From positions 152,830,001-152,894,000 of the forward strand of contig OZ024743.1 of NCBI GenBank assembly GCA_964016885.1: a stretch of 64,000 nucleotides of DNA, given 5' to 3'. The DNA comes from Eledone cirrhosa (lineage: Eukaryota). Under the pieces are notes generated by a model. It did no database searches. It worked only from the letters and a program-made list of their open reading frames with translations, and had not been told where the DNA came from. A program made the position numbers and the translations under genes. Every line of letters starts with the position of its first letter. Position 1 is the stretch's first letter. Positions 24,927-40,989 of the stretch are shown here, piece by piece.

Positions 24927-27900
24927 TGCTTTCTTTATTAACCACAAGGGTTTACACAAAGTAGACATTAAGGACAGTACAGGACAATACAGGACGGTAC
25001 TAATGGGCATTTCTGCATGTAAAAAAACAAAACAGCAAAGGATGTAATAAAAGAACAATGAAAAATTCCCCACTAGTGGGGAGACTTCCAAGGGCCATCG
25101 TGGAGAAAGCCCATTAAAAAGGCCATGGTGGCCCTGACAACCAGGGCAATTGTCCTCTCCCAGTTTTCCACCTTCAGTTTACAGGCATATACTCAGATTA
25201 GGTCCACTCACTCGGGCCATTCTTGCCTCTCTCACCCATCTTTCAACAAAAAGCTGGGAAGAGAGCATTTCCCTCTCTACCCTGATTTTCCTTTTCAAAT
25301 GAAATTGGAAAAAGTTAATCAGGGCATCACCGAAGATGTAAGTGCTCATCTTCAGCCCTTTCAGACGCATCCACCATACTATCTCTTTCGCCATGGCCAC
25401 AAGACAGATAAAAACTGCCTGCCCTTCCTGGCTAAAGGAAGAGGGTGGGGCAATCCTCACAATGGACTCAGCTGATAGTCAGATCCGTTCTACATGCGAC
25501 AGCTAATTGATTTTCGTCGACGCCTAGAGTTTCCCCAAGTACGTCGTCGCTCTTCCCCTCCACTAATCCTCTATAGAACACCAAGGTGGAGTTTCCACCG
25601 ATCACATTGCCCGACTGGTCGAGAGCTGTGAGCGCCTGAAGACATTCCAGTCTCCAAGCGCCCCTCTCGGTCTTCGCTTGACCCAGGACTGCAGCTCCAT
25701 CAAGGAGATGAGCTGAGGAAAGACGCGTCTAGAAAACGGCGACCACACCTGATCACCGTCGAGGAAGAGGTGGAGATGTCGTAGCCTGAGCATGTGTCTC
25801 CGCATCATATACCACGGCATGCCCAGCCCTCCACGTAGCGGGTGTTGACAGCAGATGGACCGCCTGATCATCGGAGTGCGTCCCTTCCACAAAAAGCGAA
25901 AGAGCAAACGCTCCAGCGCAGTCAGGCGAGGCTTAGGACAAGGCACGACGGTCAGGCGGTAGTAGATGACGGACGCGATGTATGCGTTAGCCACCTCCGC
26001 TCGCCCTTTCAGGTATAGCTTCCTCTTCGCCGATTTCTGGGTGAGAGAAGCCACCCTGCTCGTCACCACGGCATGGACCTGCCTCTCCAGGTGCCGAGCT
26101 GCAGGCCCACTGACTTTTCCTGGTTAATCATTGCTCCTGTCACCGCTTCATATTCTCTTAGTGTAATACCGATCGCCTCCATGTGTTTGGCGTTCGACAC
26201 CACTACGGTGACATCGTCTGAATATGCTGACACGGATCTTCCGCATCCTAGTTCGCGCCGGACCCCCCCCCCCCCCCTCAACGTCTCCAGTTTGTGCAGT
26301 AATGGCTCGAGAGTTAATACGTACAACAGGGACGAGAGGGGACATCCTTGGCGGACCGAACGCATGATGTTGAACGGTTCCGAAAGGTGACCATTCACTC
26401 TCACCACAGAGCAGATGTCGCTGTGCATGGCAGCGATCCAGCCTCTGAAGACGGGCCCAAAGCAAGCCGCCCTCAGGGCTGCCGCCAGGTAACGAAGGTC
26501 GATCCTATCGAAACCATTCGATTGATCTACATTGATCAAGGATCCACCCGTGCCAGGTTCCCTAGTTACCCTCTCCACGATGTATCGCATGAGGTGGAGA
26601 TTGTCGTGGATGTATCTGTCGGGAATGGCGCATGTCTGCGCCTCTCCCACCAGACCACCAACTACAAGCGCCAACCTCTTTGCTAGCACCTTGGCCAAAA
26701 TCTTGAACGCTGTGTTTAGCAGAGTTATGGGCCTGAAATTATCTATGTTATCCCCCTTGTTCGGATCCTTTCTCAGCAGCGCCACCGGACCTCGGCTCAC
26801 AGAGCTGGGAATTCTCCCGTTCTGTTGCCAGTTGCAGGAGACGTCCGCTAGAGGCCTACGAACAAGTCTGGCATCTGTACGTAAAGTTCATAGGGCAGAC
26901 CATCCAAACCAGGCGATTTAGCCCTTGTGCAGCCCGTCATTGCCTCCCGTACTTCAGCGGCTGTTATCGGCTTTTCGCAATACTCCGCCTCAGTGGCCGA
27001 GAGCCGCGGTAGTCCGTCGAGGTAGACACTAAAGTCCATCCTCGATCCGGCCCGCCGCTGCCAACAAACAGCCGAGCGAAATGTCGCTGAAAAGCTTCAC
27101 ACATTTGCCCTGGATCGAGTAGCATGAGCCCGTCGTGGTCCACCAAAGACCGGATCGTGGCTTTGTTGCCACGACGCGCCTCCGCCACTCGGGCCCATTG
27201 AACGGCTTTCGTCCCCTCCCCTCGTGTCTGAGAGCACGCACCCTAGATCTGACAACGGAGCCTTCGTGTTTTGCATTGAAGAATTGGTCAAGGGCCAATT
27301 AGGCCGCAAGTACGTCGGTCGCGATGCCTTTGTTAAGCGCCTCGTCTAATTTTCTAAGTAGTACTCCCTCTGCTCTATTTTTCTCTATTGCTAAAGCCTT
27401 ACTAAACCTAATGGACTCTGTTCTAATCGCTCTTTTCAGAGCAAACCACCACTTGTTGTTGACGATGGCTCCCGTCAACGCCCGCTTAACTAGTTCGCTA
27501 ATCCGGTCTCTGTAGGCCTTGCGCGATGGTAAGGACGCTTTTAGCTTCCAGTAGCCGGGTCCTTGTCTATGAAGCCTATCTAAGTCAACCACACAGATCA
27601 GGAATTTGTGGTCCGTGTAGCTGACTATCTTAAATTGTGGACAGCCTATGCTAGACCTATCTATTTCCCTACAAAATACTCTATCTAGATATGATCTGGA
27701 TGACCCGATATGGTTTGTCCAAGTCCACATTGGCACATTAGGGAAATCCAATCGGACCTGTCAGACAGTTCAAAACGCCTGAGCAGGTTGGTGAAGCTCT
27801 TGCACCCTCCTCCCCTATCCGTAAATCCCACACAGTCCCAGCGTGCATCTAAGATCCCGTTTCAGTCGCCCACTAACACTAAAGAGCAGGACGTTCCAAG

Positions 27901-28846
27901 AAAGGTCTCCAGACACCGGAAGAAATCAGGCCGCCCTGCTCCTGTCGGGGCATAGACGGCCACTAGCCTGAAAGCTTTCCCGTCTCCGCTGGTCACGTTT
28001 AGCACCACCAACTTACCTTCTGGGTCCAGGAAGATGGCCCGTATGGCGAGATCCAAACCTCTCCGAAAAAGCACAGCAACTCCCCCCCCCCCCGATCCAG
28101 GGCGGCTGGGAGATGCGTACATATCGTAGCCGCCGAAGATCGGTGCGAAGACCCGTGCTTCGGAGATTCTGGTCTCGACACATTTGCGGTGGTGTTGATG
28201 TTTGTGTTGTTATTCTCATTGCTGTTGTTGCTGTTGTTATTGTTATTTTTAGTTTCAGTTGTAGTGGAGTTGGTGGTGGTGTCAGTGGTGTTCGGCTTGG
28301 AACAGTCGATTCTGGGTGAATCCATTTTGATGTCACGAGATAATAATTTTTTTTTTTGGGGGGGGGGGTTCTGTTGTCGCTGTGGTGGTGGTGGTGGTAT
28401 CAGTGGTGTTCGTTGTTGTTTTTGACATTGTGGTGGTGGGGGTGGCGGCCTTAACACCTGCAGTTATTGGTAATGGCGGGAAATCCAAGTCTTTATGCGG
28501 CAATTCTAAAACATTGAGACTGCTATTAATTATATTTTCAGTGTTGGGAACTGTAGCAAGGCTCACAGTGGTTTTGGTGGTGGGGGAGGGGTGGTGTTGG
28601 TCTGTTAAAAACAGAAAATTTGTTGTCCATGTTTTTTTTTTCAAAGAAATAATTTGTTTGATAAATAAAAAGTTTAAGTTTTGGGCTCAAGACCCCAATA
28701 TTTTTTTGTGTCTTTTTCAGAAAGCAATATATGTGAACTTATAAACACTTAACAACAAAAATTTTCCATAACTGGCAATTTGAAACAACTGAAAACAACA
28801 AACCTTTGTGGAGCTCACGATAATACAATTTCCTACGTAGGTCGCC
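24927..28846 (-). mobile_element. Tx1/L1-clade LINE (APE + RT, frameshifted) inserted in an (AAT)n tract
   Basis: GGGVAVLF..LVAVYAP..LVLVGD, SRSYLDRVF..YTDH..PGYWK, KSPGLDGLPYELY, NFRPITLLNTAFKILAK, SVRQGCPLS, AYSDD and GGLGMP; AATAAA at the 3' end; (AAT)n on both flanks. Confidence 0.92.
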
Positions 28847-28857
28847 AATAATAATAA

Positions 28858-28990
28858 TAATTGTTTCTACGTTTGGCACAAGGCCAGCAATTAACCAGTA
28901 CATTACTGGTACTTTATTTTATCGACCCCGTAAGGATGAAAAGCAAAGTTAACCTCGGCGGGATTTGAACTCAGAATGGCAAGTTACGGC
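28858..28990 (-). mobile_element. tRNA-type SINE, 5'-truncated
   Basis: Reverse complement of the SINE core and tail. Confidence 0.85.
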
Positions 28991-30137
28991 CCTTTCCATT
29001 ATTATTATATATATATATATATATCTCTGGTCCATTCATGTTCATTAATCAGTAATTGTTTCTTAGTTGTATGTGCTGCTCAACTAATACTTGTATATGC
29101 TGTTTTTAAGACTCCACCTCATATAGTTTCCAGGCTGTGATGTAATTACATATGTTTATGTATGATGAAGTTTTTGTATATAAATGAAGAGTAAGGCAAT
29201 CTTCAGGAATCTTACATAATTCTATTCCTTATGTCATTGCTTTTATACACATTTCAATGTTATCAATTATGTAATTGATGTAATCTCGTTAGACAATTAT
29301 TATGTAATTCTTTATACTCTGATATATACATATGTAATTCTTTATACTCTGGTTGAGTATTCTGGATGTTATCACCTGAAGCCCAGCAAACATAAATCTT
29401 GGTAAAAGACTCCCTATCGAGCACTATTTGGGACATGTCTACTTCAATCATTAACTGAATGTAGTTCACCTATGATCTTTTCTCATCTCTTCTGCTTCAA
29501 CATTAGTGATTAGAAGGTTATTTGACCCTTTATGGGTATTTCAATTTTATTAGTAGACGTCTCTCAGATTGTAAATGTTGTGTTTTATTAGTGCCAGGTC
29601 TAAGAAATGGACTCCAATTCCAGTACCAAGACTATTAAAAACTCCCTTTGTCTATCACATGTTGATTAACCTGATAGCAAAACACATAAAGCCATGTCAG
29701 TCGTGTGGGGTGAAAAAACTTGATTTGCAAGTAATACAATATCACCAATGAAAACCATGACAACGACAATAGCAACATCAGTGACTATAACAACTACAAC
29801 AATATCAACAGAGAGATGATGGAGAAACATGAGAAATATGATACTTATGATATTGTCTTATAGATCAAGCATCACTTGTGTTACAAAATACTCTTTGAGA
29901 GGAGTATGACGTAGGAGAGATACAATCGTTATTAATTATGAAAAGATATCGTTATTAATTATGAAAAGCTGGCCTTGTGCCAAAAGTAGAAACAATTAAT
30001 TATGAAAAGATATGGATGTAATTATAATTGTAATCAGGATGAAAATACAGAAAAGAAAAATATATATATATATATATTCAGCACTGTTTTCCTTTTTCCT
30101 TTTCATATCTACAGATATTGCTACATATACATATATA

Positions 30138-30635
30138 TCATCATCATCATCATCATTATTTAATGTTCATTTTCCATGCTAGCATGGGCCAGACAAGTTG
30201 TCCGGTTTGAAGCAAGTCAAGTCATGAGACTGTGTTTGCTCATACAGAACTGTTTGAGGCTGGGGTTCTATGGTTGGATGCCCTTTCTAATGCCAAATAC
30301 ATGGTGTGTGCTGGGTGCTTCTTATCATGATACCTACATGATCACTTCACTGTGTGAACTGGGTGCCTTGTATCATGGCATGATACGACCACTTTATTAT
30401 GTAGAATGGAACTGGGTTGCATGATGTAAATGTGTGCTAGAAGGGTGGGGTGATTAGGATATGAGTGGAGTTATGGCGTGTGAGGTGTATGGAAGGGGGA
30501 GGGAGGATAGGGGTTAAGTGGTGCATACTAGATCTATACTTCAACTCGTGCACATGAAAAGGCAGGTCTTCTATATTACTGCATAATGCCAAACATCTCA
30601 ATTCTGTCATCATCTTTGAGAGATGCAATTGTGCA
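30138..30635 (-). mobile_element. RTE 3' UTR fragment (older)
   Basis: (CAT)n tail, TTCCATGCTAGCATGGG, GGATGCCCTTTCTAA and GGTCTTCTATATTACTGC. Confidence 0.7.
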
Positions 30636-30894
30636 AGATGTATATATATACATATATAATTCCAAGTAATCAGTATTGGTTGTTCACATATAGCTCGGTT
30701 GCCAACATTGAGTTCCATACTATGGTGAGCATATCAAAAACAGAATCATATAATGACAACACATCAAATAACTGTTATTCAATGACTGATGTCTTTGATG
30801 CCTTTGAAATGTGCATATCAGGAAGATGTAATAAACTGAAGATGCATATGTGATACCATATCTCTTCTATTACATATATATATATATCAAATAT

Positions 30895-31612
30895 ATTGGT
30901 GTTTCTATTCACAATTAATTTTGCGAGCAACAACAAGTTGTCTGGGTGATTGGTAGTTACCACAATTCCGGTTTGTATTTATTTTCTTAATTTTTTCTTA
31001 AATTGAGACAAGCAAACCCAATTGTCTATAGTTAGTATTCTTTTCACCTTAGCGAATCCGGTCCCTTACGATTTGAACACATATATGTATATGTCTGTGT
31101 TCGTTTTTCTTTTATATTCTATTATGATATACGGCTCAGAAATATCTCTTTCTTAGAGCTATTTTATTGTAAGAGACTATTTTCAGTTCCTAACTTTGAT
31201 ATATTCGGCTCCGTTAATTTGTTGAGCTATTTCAAATGTCGAGTAAACCTGGCTGCTATTTTTAGTGGTGTGGGTTTATGAGACACACTAGGATGCCATG
31301 TGCGCTGTTTTATGTATTTTATATATAGCATACTTGGATGTGTCTAGGATACTATTTCATCACCCACTGATGAGCTTGGATTGGTGTTCCTATTCACAAT
31401 TAATTTTGCGAAACAACAACAAGTTGTCTGGGTGATTGGTAGTTACCACAATTCCGATTTGTATTTATTTTCTTAATTTTTTCTTAAATTGAGACAAGCA
31501 AACCCAATTGTCTATAGTTAGTATTCTTTTCACCTTAGCGAATCAGGTCCCATACGATTTGAACACATATATGTATATGTCTGTGTTTGTTTTTCTTTTA
31601 TATTCTATTATA
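30895..31612 (+). repeat. Partial tandem repeat, 485-486-nt unit (about 1.5 copies), hammerhead-bearing (retrozyme/pLTR-like)
   Basis: ATTGGTGTT.CTATTCACAATT starts at 30895 and 31380; the 3' end runs into a TA-rich tract. Confidence 0.9.
31359..31436 (+). ncRNA. Canonical type-I hammerhead ribozyme
   Basis: Stem I ATCACCCA/TGGGTGAT (8 bp); CTGATGA 31367-31373; stem II closes GC/GC; GAAA 31410-31413; stem III CAAC/GTTG; GUC triplet with predicted cut after 31428. Confidence 0.88.
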
Positions 31613-31665
31613 ATATATATAAATATATATTTATGTATATATATATATTTATGTATATATATATT

Positions 31666-31735
<70 letters not shown>

Positions 31736-32281
31736 TTTTTAAATGGTTTTTCTTTCTAAGTATTCGCTACACATTTAATATTTAATATTTACTGTGATTG
31801 TCGCATATAAGACAGTTGCGGGTGTGTATCTGATTAGTGTGGGTGTATAAGTGCCCATATCTAACACGTCTGCGCGATACATGGCCATAGGTGTGGGAGC
31901 CTACAGGCCGGCAGGGATGCGACAAGATGCGACTGGTTCAATCATACAACCCCTTACCCTCTACAGTAGTAATTCCGATATAAGAAACAACTTTGATTGA
32001 CAGGTGGCAATTGAAAGGAACCAAAATGCCGATGACGTGTACAATTCTTGACCACTCATACAATGAAAACAACAGGATCTAAGCTGCCAAGTGAAGGCCA
32101 CGGGTGTAACCGGACATTTGGAAACTCTGCTTCGTAGAATCGAGACATATATGAGGATCTTACGATTTCAGAGTCAGGTTTGATCATTACATCGATCATG
32201 CCTCGAGCTGGTTGCCAGAGAAACGATTGTAATATGTCTAATAAATATTATTCGTCGCACCACTGATTCTCCATTTCTTAT

Positions 32282-34680
<2,399 letters not shown>

Positions 34681-34925
34681 ACATATGAGCATATTTTGTT
34701 AAAAGAATGGGCATATTCATGCAAGTTAATCTGCAAAGAATCAATAAAATTCAATAGTTTGTACTTTTATTCAAATATTTTCAATAATAATTTTAAAATC
34801 ATATTTTGAATATTCTAATAGAGAAAGAAGAAAAAGTAAAATAGTTATTTTAACTACACATGTGTGAGTGTATATGTGTATATATATGCATGTTTTTTTT
34901 AGTGTGTGTATGTGCATCTTATATG

Positions 34926-34991
<66 letters not shown>

Positions 34992-34999
34992 TGTGTGTG

Positions 35000-35037
<38 letters not shown>

Positions 35038-36117
35038 ATTACATATGATACATGAAAATACATACACAAAACTATTGTGTATGTGTGTCTGTTTTTTTTT
35101 CATTCATGACTATGTTTTAAATAAGAAAGACAGAAATGATGGCATACTTTAAGTGAAATCTCAATGCCTAAAAGGATTCTAGTTAGCTGTCACATTTTAT
35201 CACTGCTTAATCAATATCAAATACATCCATTCATGTTTATAACATCTAAACATCTCCAAAGGTGAGAAATAGGCCATTAATACAATAATCTGAGTTTTTT
35301 TGTTGTTGTGTGTAGCCATATTTTTTTTTTTGTTTTTGTATTAATGGACAAAAAATAATGTTCATTCATTTGAAAATGTACATTTTTCTTAGGCATAAAG
35401 TTTTAATTATCTTTTATTTCTTTTTTAGAAGAAAAAACAATAAGATAGGTGAATCCTCCCCCCAATCTGTATTTATAATAGGAACAATAACTGTGAGGTT
35501 AAGACATCAAATCACATGGTCACAAATTGTAAACCTACTGCAGCTCATTTTGTTATACTTCCAGGCACTGCACAATACTTTGCACTTTGCTTCCCTCAAA
35601 ATGCCAGGCTAACAAAGTAAGTTCCACATCTAATTCTTGCTTGACTGGCTTGCTTGACTTGGCTAAGAAAGGCTATGATGCCATAAGAAAAATTGCCATT
35701 ACAATTGTTTAAATTTATCTCATAATATAAGAAAAAAGGGAAAAACTGGCAAAAACAAATTGCCAAAAGAAAAGAGTTCGTTCAGGCAAACATGTAACCC
35801 TCTAAAATACAAAAAGGAACGCAGGCAAAAGTATATATAATGAACAGTAAAGAATAGATTATAGTTTTTAAAAAAGATTGTTCTGTTCAATCCTCATAAG
35901 ATGATATAGGCATGTTTGAAAATATTAATATTAAATGTAGTAAAATAATACATTGTTTAAAATCTTGGCATAATCATTTACATAAATAATTGGTTCTACT
36001 TTTGGCACAAGGCCAGAAATCATCCCAGTACATTACTGGTACTTTATTTTATCAACCACGTGACGATGAAAGTCAAAGTTAAACCTTAGAGGTATTTAAA
36101 CTCAGACCGTAAATAAT

Positions 36118-36301
36118 TGTTTCTACTTTAGGCACAAGGCCAGCAATTACCCAGTGCATTACTGGTACTTTATTTTATCGACCCCGTAAGGATGAAAGGC
36201 AAAGTCAACCTCGGCGGGATTTGAACTCAGATCGTAAAGGAACGTAACTATGCTGGAAAGCATGGCGTCCGACCCTCTACCGATACTGCCAATCCACCGC
36301 C
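36118..36301 (-). mobile_element. Full-length tRNA-type SINE nested in an older SINE (about 35988-36110)
   Basis: GGCGGTGGATTGGCAG head, GAGTTCAAATCC B-box, core and tail; TSD CCGTAAATAAT. A further 3' fragment lies at 36508-36613. Confidence 0.9.
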
Positions 36302-37021
36302 GTAAATAATGACTGGCTATCATTTCTCTCTGTATATGGAAACATAAGCTTGATTGGCTTCTGATGAAAAGCTTTTAAACAGCTTTACTGCATATATAAA
36401 AAAACAACAAAGTGTGCTTGCACTTATTTATACTCACGATGAGGCTTAAAACTATACTTATATTTGTACTTATATCTACATTTTAATTTTCTAAAAAAAA
36501 ACAATAAATAATTGTTTCTACTTTTGGCACAAGGCCAGCTATTACCCAGTGCATTACTGGTACTTTATTTTATCGACCTCGTAAGGATGAAAGGCAAAGT
36601 TAACCTCGGCGGGAATAAATAATGATAGTAATCTTCTTCTAGCAAGGAAAATTGTTGATGATAATGATGACATACATATACATATATATGTAAAGTTATG
36701 TTTGTATACATATAGAGTGGGTAACCAAGACTTCTCCATATGTAGGCATGTAAACATGCCAGAAAATACAATGCCCTTGCAAACTGAATTAATTTTCAGA
36801 TGTATTTGACCCTTATTAGAAAGTATGTTTACCATCCAAACAATCACAAGGAAACATTTATTTGAAGGGCATATATAACCATTCACTCTTATTATTATTC
36901 TGAAATGGACATACTAATTTGCATATAATTAATGGTCATGTTGGTAATTAATTAAGATATATATTAAGAGTGCACAAGCATCTGAAGTGTGTGTATATAT
37001 ATATATAATGATGATGTCATG

Positions 37022-37122
<101 letters not shown>

Positions 37123-37286
37123 TTAGGATTGGTGCTCTGAAATAGCGATGTATACATGAATGTATGTATAGTATATTTGGTAATATACTGTATGTTTAAT
37201 TAAAAACATTTTGAAGACCTTGTGCTATTATTTTAAAGTAGTGACTATGTCACTTACTAATTTTTTCAGCAAAGGAAGGGAGAGAA

Positions 37287-37327
37287 GCTGACAGATTCTG
37301 TTTCACACTGTTGGTGTTCCTCAGAGC
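37287..37327 (-). ncRNA. Minimal type-I hammerhead ribozyme
   Basis: gct CTGAGGA ACAC caaca GTGT GAAA CAG aat CTG TC agc; GUC triplet. Confidence 0.8.
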
Positions 37328-37537
37328 AACGTACTCGCTGATCTGCCGAAAATTATAGAGGCTGGATTCTATAGAATTTCAGTAATAATCAGGAACTTAT
37401 TATACAGAGCGATTGCCTTCCTTTGCTGAAAAAATAGGTAAGTGACATAGTCCCTACTTAAAAATAATAGAGCAAGGTCTTCAAAATGTTTTTAATTAAA
37501 CATACAGTATATTACCAAATATACTATACATATATTC

Positions 37538-38008
37538 GGCATACGTCAAAACGGCCAGTCTCAAAAGTGAAACTAATTTTTGACAGTTACGTACACGTTA
37601 TAAGAGTTATTTAAATTTATATATATAAAATAAAGGAGCAAATAAGAGCATGATATGAAGTCAGTCATGTGTGTGTGTATATATGTGTGTGTGTGTGTAA
37701 ACGAATGTAAAAGAATATATGTAGGGCATAGATAAGGTTTCCTAGAATTTTACACACATACACATATATACACACACACGTGTATATATTATAGTGTGTA
37801 TGTGTGCATATATAAGTGTATATGTGTGTGTATTTTTACATTCGTTTACACACACACACACATATATACACACGCACATGACTGACTTCATATCATGCTC
37901 GTATTTGCTCCTTTATTTTATATATATAAATTTAAATAACTCTTATAACGTGTACGTAACTGTCAAAAGTTAGTTTCACTTTTGAGACCGGCCGTTTTGA
38001 TGTATGCC
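37538..38008. mobile_element. MITE with about 175-nt TIRs and a 9-bp TSD (MULE- or Merlin-like)
   Basis: GGCATAC...GTATGCC termini; TSD CATATATTC at 37529-37537 and 38009-38017. Confidence 0.9.
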
Positions 38009-38569
38009 CATATATTCATGTATACATCGCTATTTCAGAGCACCAATCCTAATTTTTAATTTTTGCTGGACCGGCAATCGCTCTGTATAATCAGTTCCTG
38101 ACTATTATAATACGCGCACGTGTATATATACACACATTTTGAGTATTACAATTAAAATGAATAAGAATTAAAAACTAAAAATTCAAGATTTAAAATTAAG
38201 TGTTGAGGCAAGTTTTTTCATCTTCCTTGTTGAGAAGGAGACTGGAAAAATGGAATCCTGTGTATATAAAGAGAGGCGTAGTCATGGTAGTACCAGCAGC
38301 AGTGATGGTAGTTGTATTTTTTCACTCAGAACAAAATTATTTTAAGAAGGAGACATTCTGTAAATATGTATATCTCAATTGTATTAATGGACTGGTCAAC
38401 AGTTCAGATGGGTGTAGCAAAGAGGGGAATTGTAAGCTAGAGACAAATACTATGGGATTGGCAACAGTAGTATATATATATATGTGTGTGTGTGTATGTG
38501 TGTGTTTTACTATAAATACAAACATACACACACACACACACAGACACGAGCACACATATATATAACTGG

Positions 38570-38925
38570 TTGGTGTAAGCAGCGTTGGGTACATGGGAAG
38601 TCGAGTCTTTTGAATTACTGTGTGACACTAGAGGTCACGGTCGTGTGTCATCACCCTTGAGAGGTGCAATTGGATAAGGTCGGCTTTTATCACCTTATCC
38701 CAGTTCTTCTTGGGTCTCCCCACTCTGCGGCTTCCATTGACTTCTAGTGCTCTGCATCTTTTTATGCAGCTGTCATCCTTCATATGCATCCCATGTCCAT
38801 ACCAATGTCACCTCCTCTCCTGCACACAGCATTTGATTCCTCTTATACTCAGTCTCTCTCTCAATTCGTTTATACTTTGCTGTTCGCGTATATTACTATT
38901 ACACATCCATCGGAGCATGCAGGCT
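38570..38925 (-). mobile_element. RTE 3' coding/UTR fragment
   Basis: Homologous to 10200-10470 (ACMLRW, LRWYGHV-like thumb). Confidence 0.7.
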
Positions 38926-39339
38926 TATATATATATATATATATATATACTGAAAAGAAGTATTCTTTGCTAGCCAAAACATAATTTAATTTGGCAAGAA
39001 GGATCTGCAAAATTGTATCTATTTTAATCATTTGGGTTACCCAACTCCAATAATCAAAGAAAATATTGCTTGTTCAGGAATTGCAAATGACATAAGATAC
39101 TTCAGATAGTTTCAATGCATGTCTGTATGTTTCAACATAAAAACCTAAGAAATGCTAAAGCATGTATCATTCATTGAGGAAAGACTCAAGAATGAAAGGG
39201 ATACTTGAAACAAAAACTAAACAATTAAAAGTAAAATGCAATCAGTATCATTGAAGAAATAACTAATCATATCCAAATTGACTTGTGAAAATACAATTTT
39301 AACAGTCAAAAACTATCGAATCAGTATTGAAGATATAAC

Positions 39340-39478
39340 TTATAAATTCAGGACAGATATTTACGGAAAAGAATCTCTTAACTTGCCTATCAGGAACATT
39401 AACTTATGCTATTAAATGTAACAGATGTAATACAGATTACATAGGTAAAATTGGAATAGCTTTGAGTAAAAGATTAAT
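39340..39478 (+). mobile_element. PLE GIY-YIG fragment
   Basis: Translates INSGQIFTEKNLLTCLSGTLTYAIKCNRCNTDYIGKIGIALSKRL. Confidence 0.6.
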
Positions 39479-40108
39479 GATGATGATATACATACAATAT
39501 ATGGATTCAAATGGTGTCACAGTCGACACTGGCTTTTATTCTTCTGGTGCTCATAAAATAAATACCAGTCTACATAAATATCGGGGTATGAGTGGTGAAT
39601 TTAATGGACTATGATATTGAAGGCAGTGGCCACAATTGAACACAGTGACAATCTAATGCTGACTGATGCCAGGAAAAGATGAAAAAACTAACATAAAAGA
39701 AGGAAGACCAATGAAAAACAAAATTAAATATCTAATATCTATTAGTCAATTTTCAATTTATTCTGACAAATTTAATTCATAGCAGAAATGGTTATGAATA
39801 GGAAAATATGCAATTAGAATTACTTCGAAGATATGAAATTAGGAAAATAACAACATTCTTCTTTATATTCATTATAAAGAATTTAAAGTCTACTTGCAAT
39901 ATATCAGACACTTGATATTTTCCACTTCTTTAGGACGAAATGAAGACAGAATTTCCAATCAATAATGGATTCAATTTCTTAAATCAAACTTGATGGCAAG
40001 TTGGTACAAAATCTATATGTTATTCCTTGTAATAAAGTCTATGACAATATGACAATAGCAATTTAAATATATGTCATAACTTTAGAAATATATAAATACA
40101 CGCTCAGA

Positions 40109-40141
<33 letters not shown>

Positions 40142-40143
<2 letters not shown>

Positions 40144-40630
40144 CATCATCACCGTTTTACGTTGATTCTTCCATGCTTGCATGGGTTAGATGGGTTGTTC
40201 TGTTGTGACCGATGTTAGGTCGGGTGACCTTGTCTTACTCATATAGGAACTGATTTTCGCTTGATTTCTACAGCTGAATGCCCTTCCTAACACCAACCTC
40301 ATTTACAGTGAGTGCTGGGTGTATTTTTTTCGTGGCACCTATATGACCACTTTACAGAGGGAGGGGTAGGGGACATATTGTCTATATGCTTCAACTTCGG
40401 CTTGTTCTCGTCGGTAGTCAGGTCTTCTGTATTACTGCATGACTCCAGAGGTCATGGTCCTGTGTCATCGCCGTTGAGGGGTGCAATTGGGCAAGGTCCG
40501 CTTTTATCACCTCATCCCAGGTCTTCTTGGGTCCCCCCCCCCACTCCAAGGCTTCCATCACCTTTTTATGCAGCTGTTATCCTTCATAAGCATCACATGT
40601 CCATACCAACGCATCCACCTCTCCTACACA
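40142..40630 (-). mobile_element. RTE 3' end fragment
   Basis: (CAT)n tail, CCATGCTTGCATGGG and CAGCTGAATGCCCTTCCTAACACCAACC. Confidence 0.75.
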
Positions 40631-40868
40631 CACACACACATACACATATATATATATATATATATTTTTTTTTTATTATGCCCGCTCTGCTTGTCTTCTA
40701 CACATAACTCTCCTTCAATATTAACTCCACTATAATATTTAACATCGCCGTTCTAAGCACTGAGCACGCTTTGCTTCGTCTAAAGGCATCTAATATATTA
40801 TATCACAGTTCATTCTCTTCTATTCTTATGATATATGTCTCTTTTCTTGATATATATATAACAACATT

Positions 40869-40989
40869 TTATATAGAAATGGCTTCTACAGGACTAGAAT
40901 TGTTTCATTCGAAGAGAATCATCAGGCTTCCCAGACGATTTCCTTTGAATGAAACAGTTCTAGTCCTGCCTTTAGCCATTTCTATATAA
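40869..40989. repeat. About 120-nt foldback with relic hammerhead cores in both arms
   Basis: TTATATAGAAATGGCT..CAGGACTAGAATTGTTTCATTC / GAATGAAACAGTTCTAGTCCTG..AGCCATTTCTATATAA. Confidence 0.7.

Larger units (their letters stand above)
24749..29154. repeat. About 140-nt inverted repeat arms (24749-24895 / 28999-29154) separated by the Tx1 and SINE insertions
   Basis: GATTACATCACAGTCTGGAAACTATATGAGGTGGAGTC.. pairs with ..GACTCCACCTCATATAGTTTCCAGGCTGTGATGTAATT. Confidence 0.8.
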
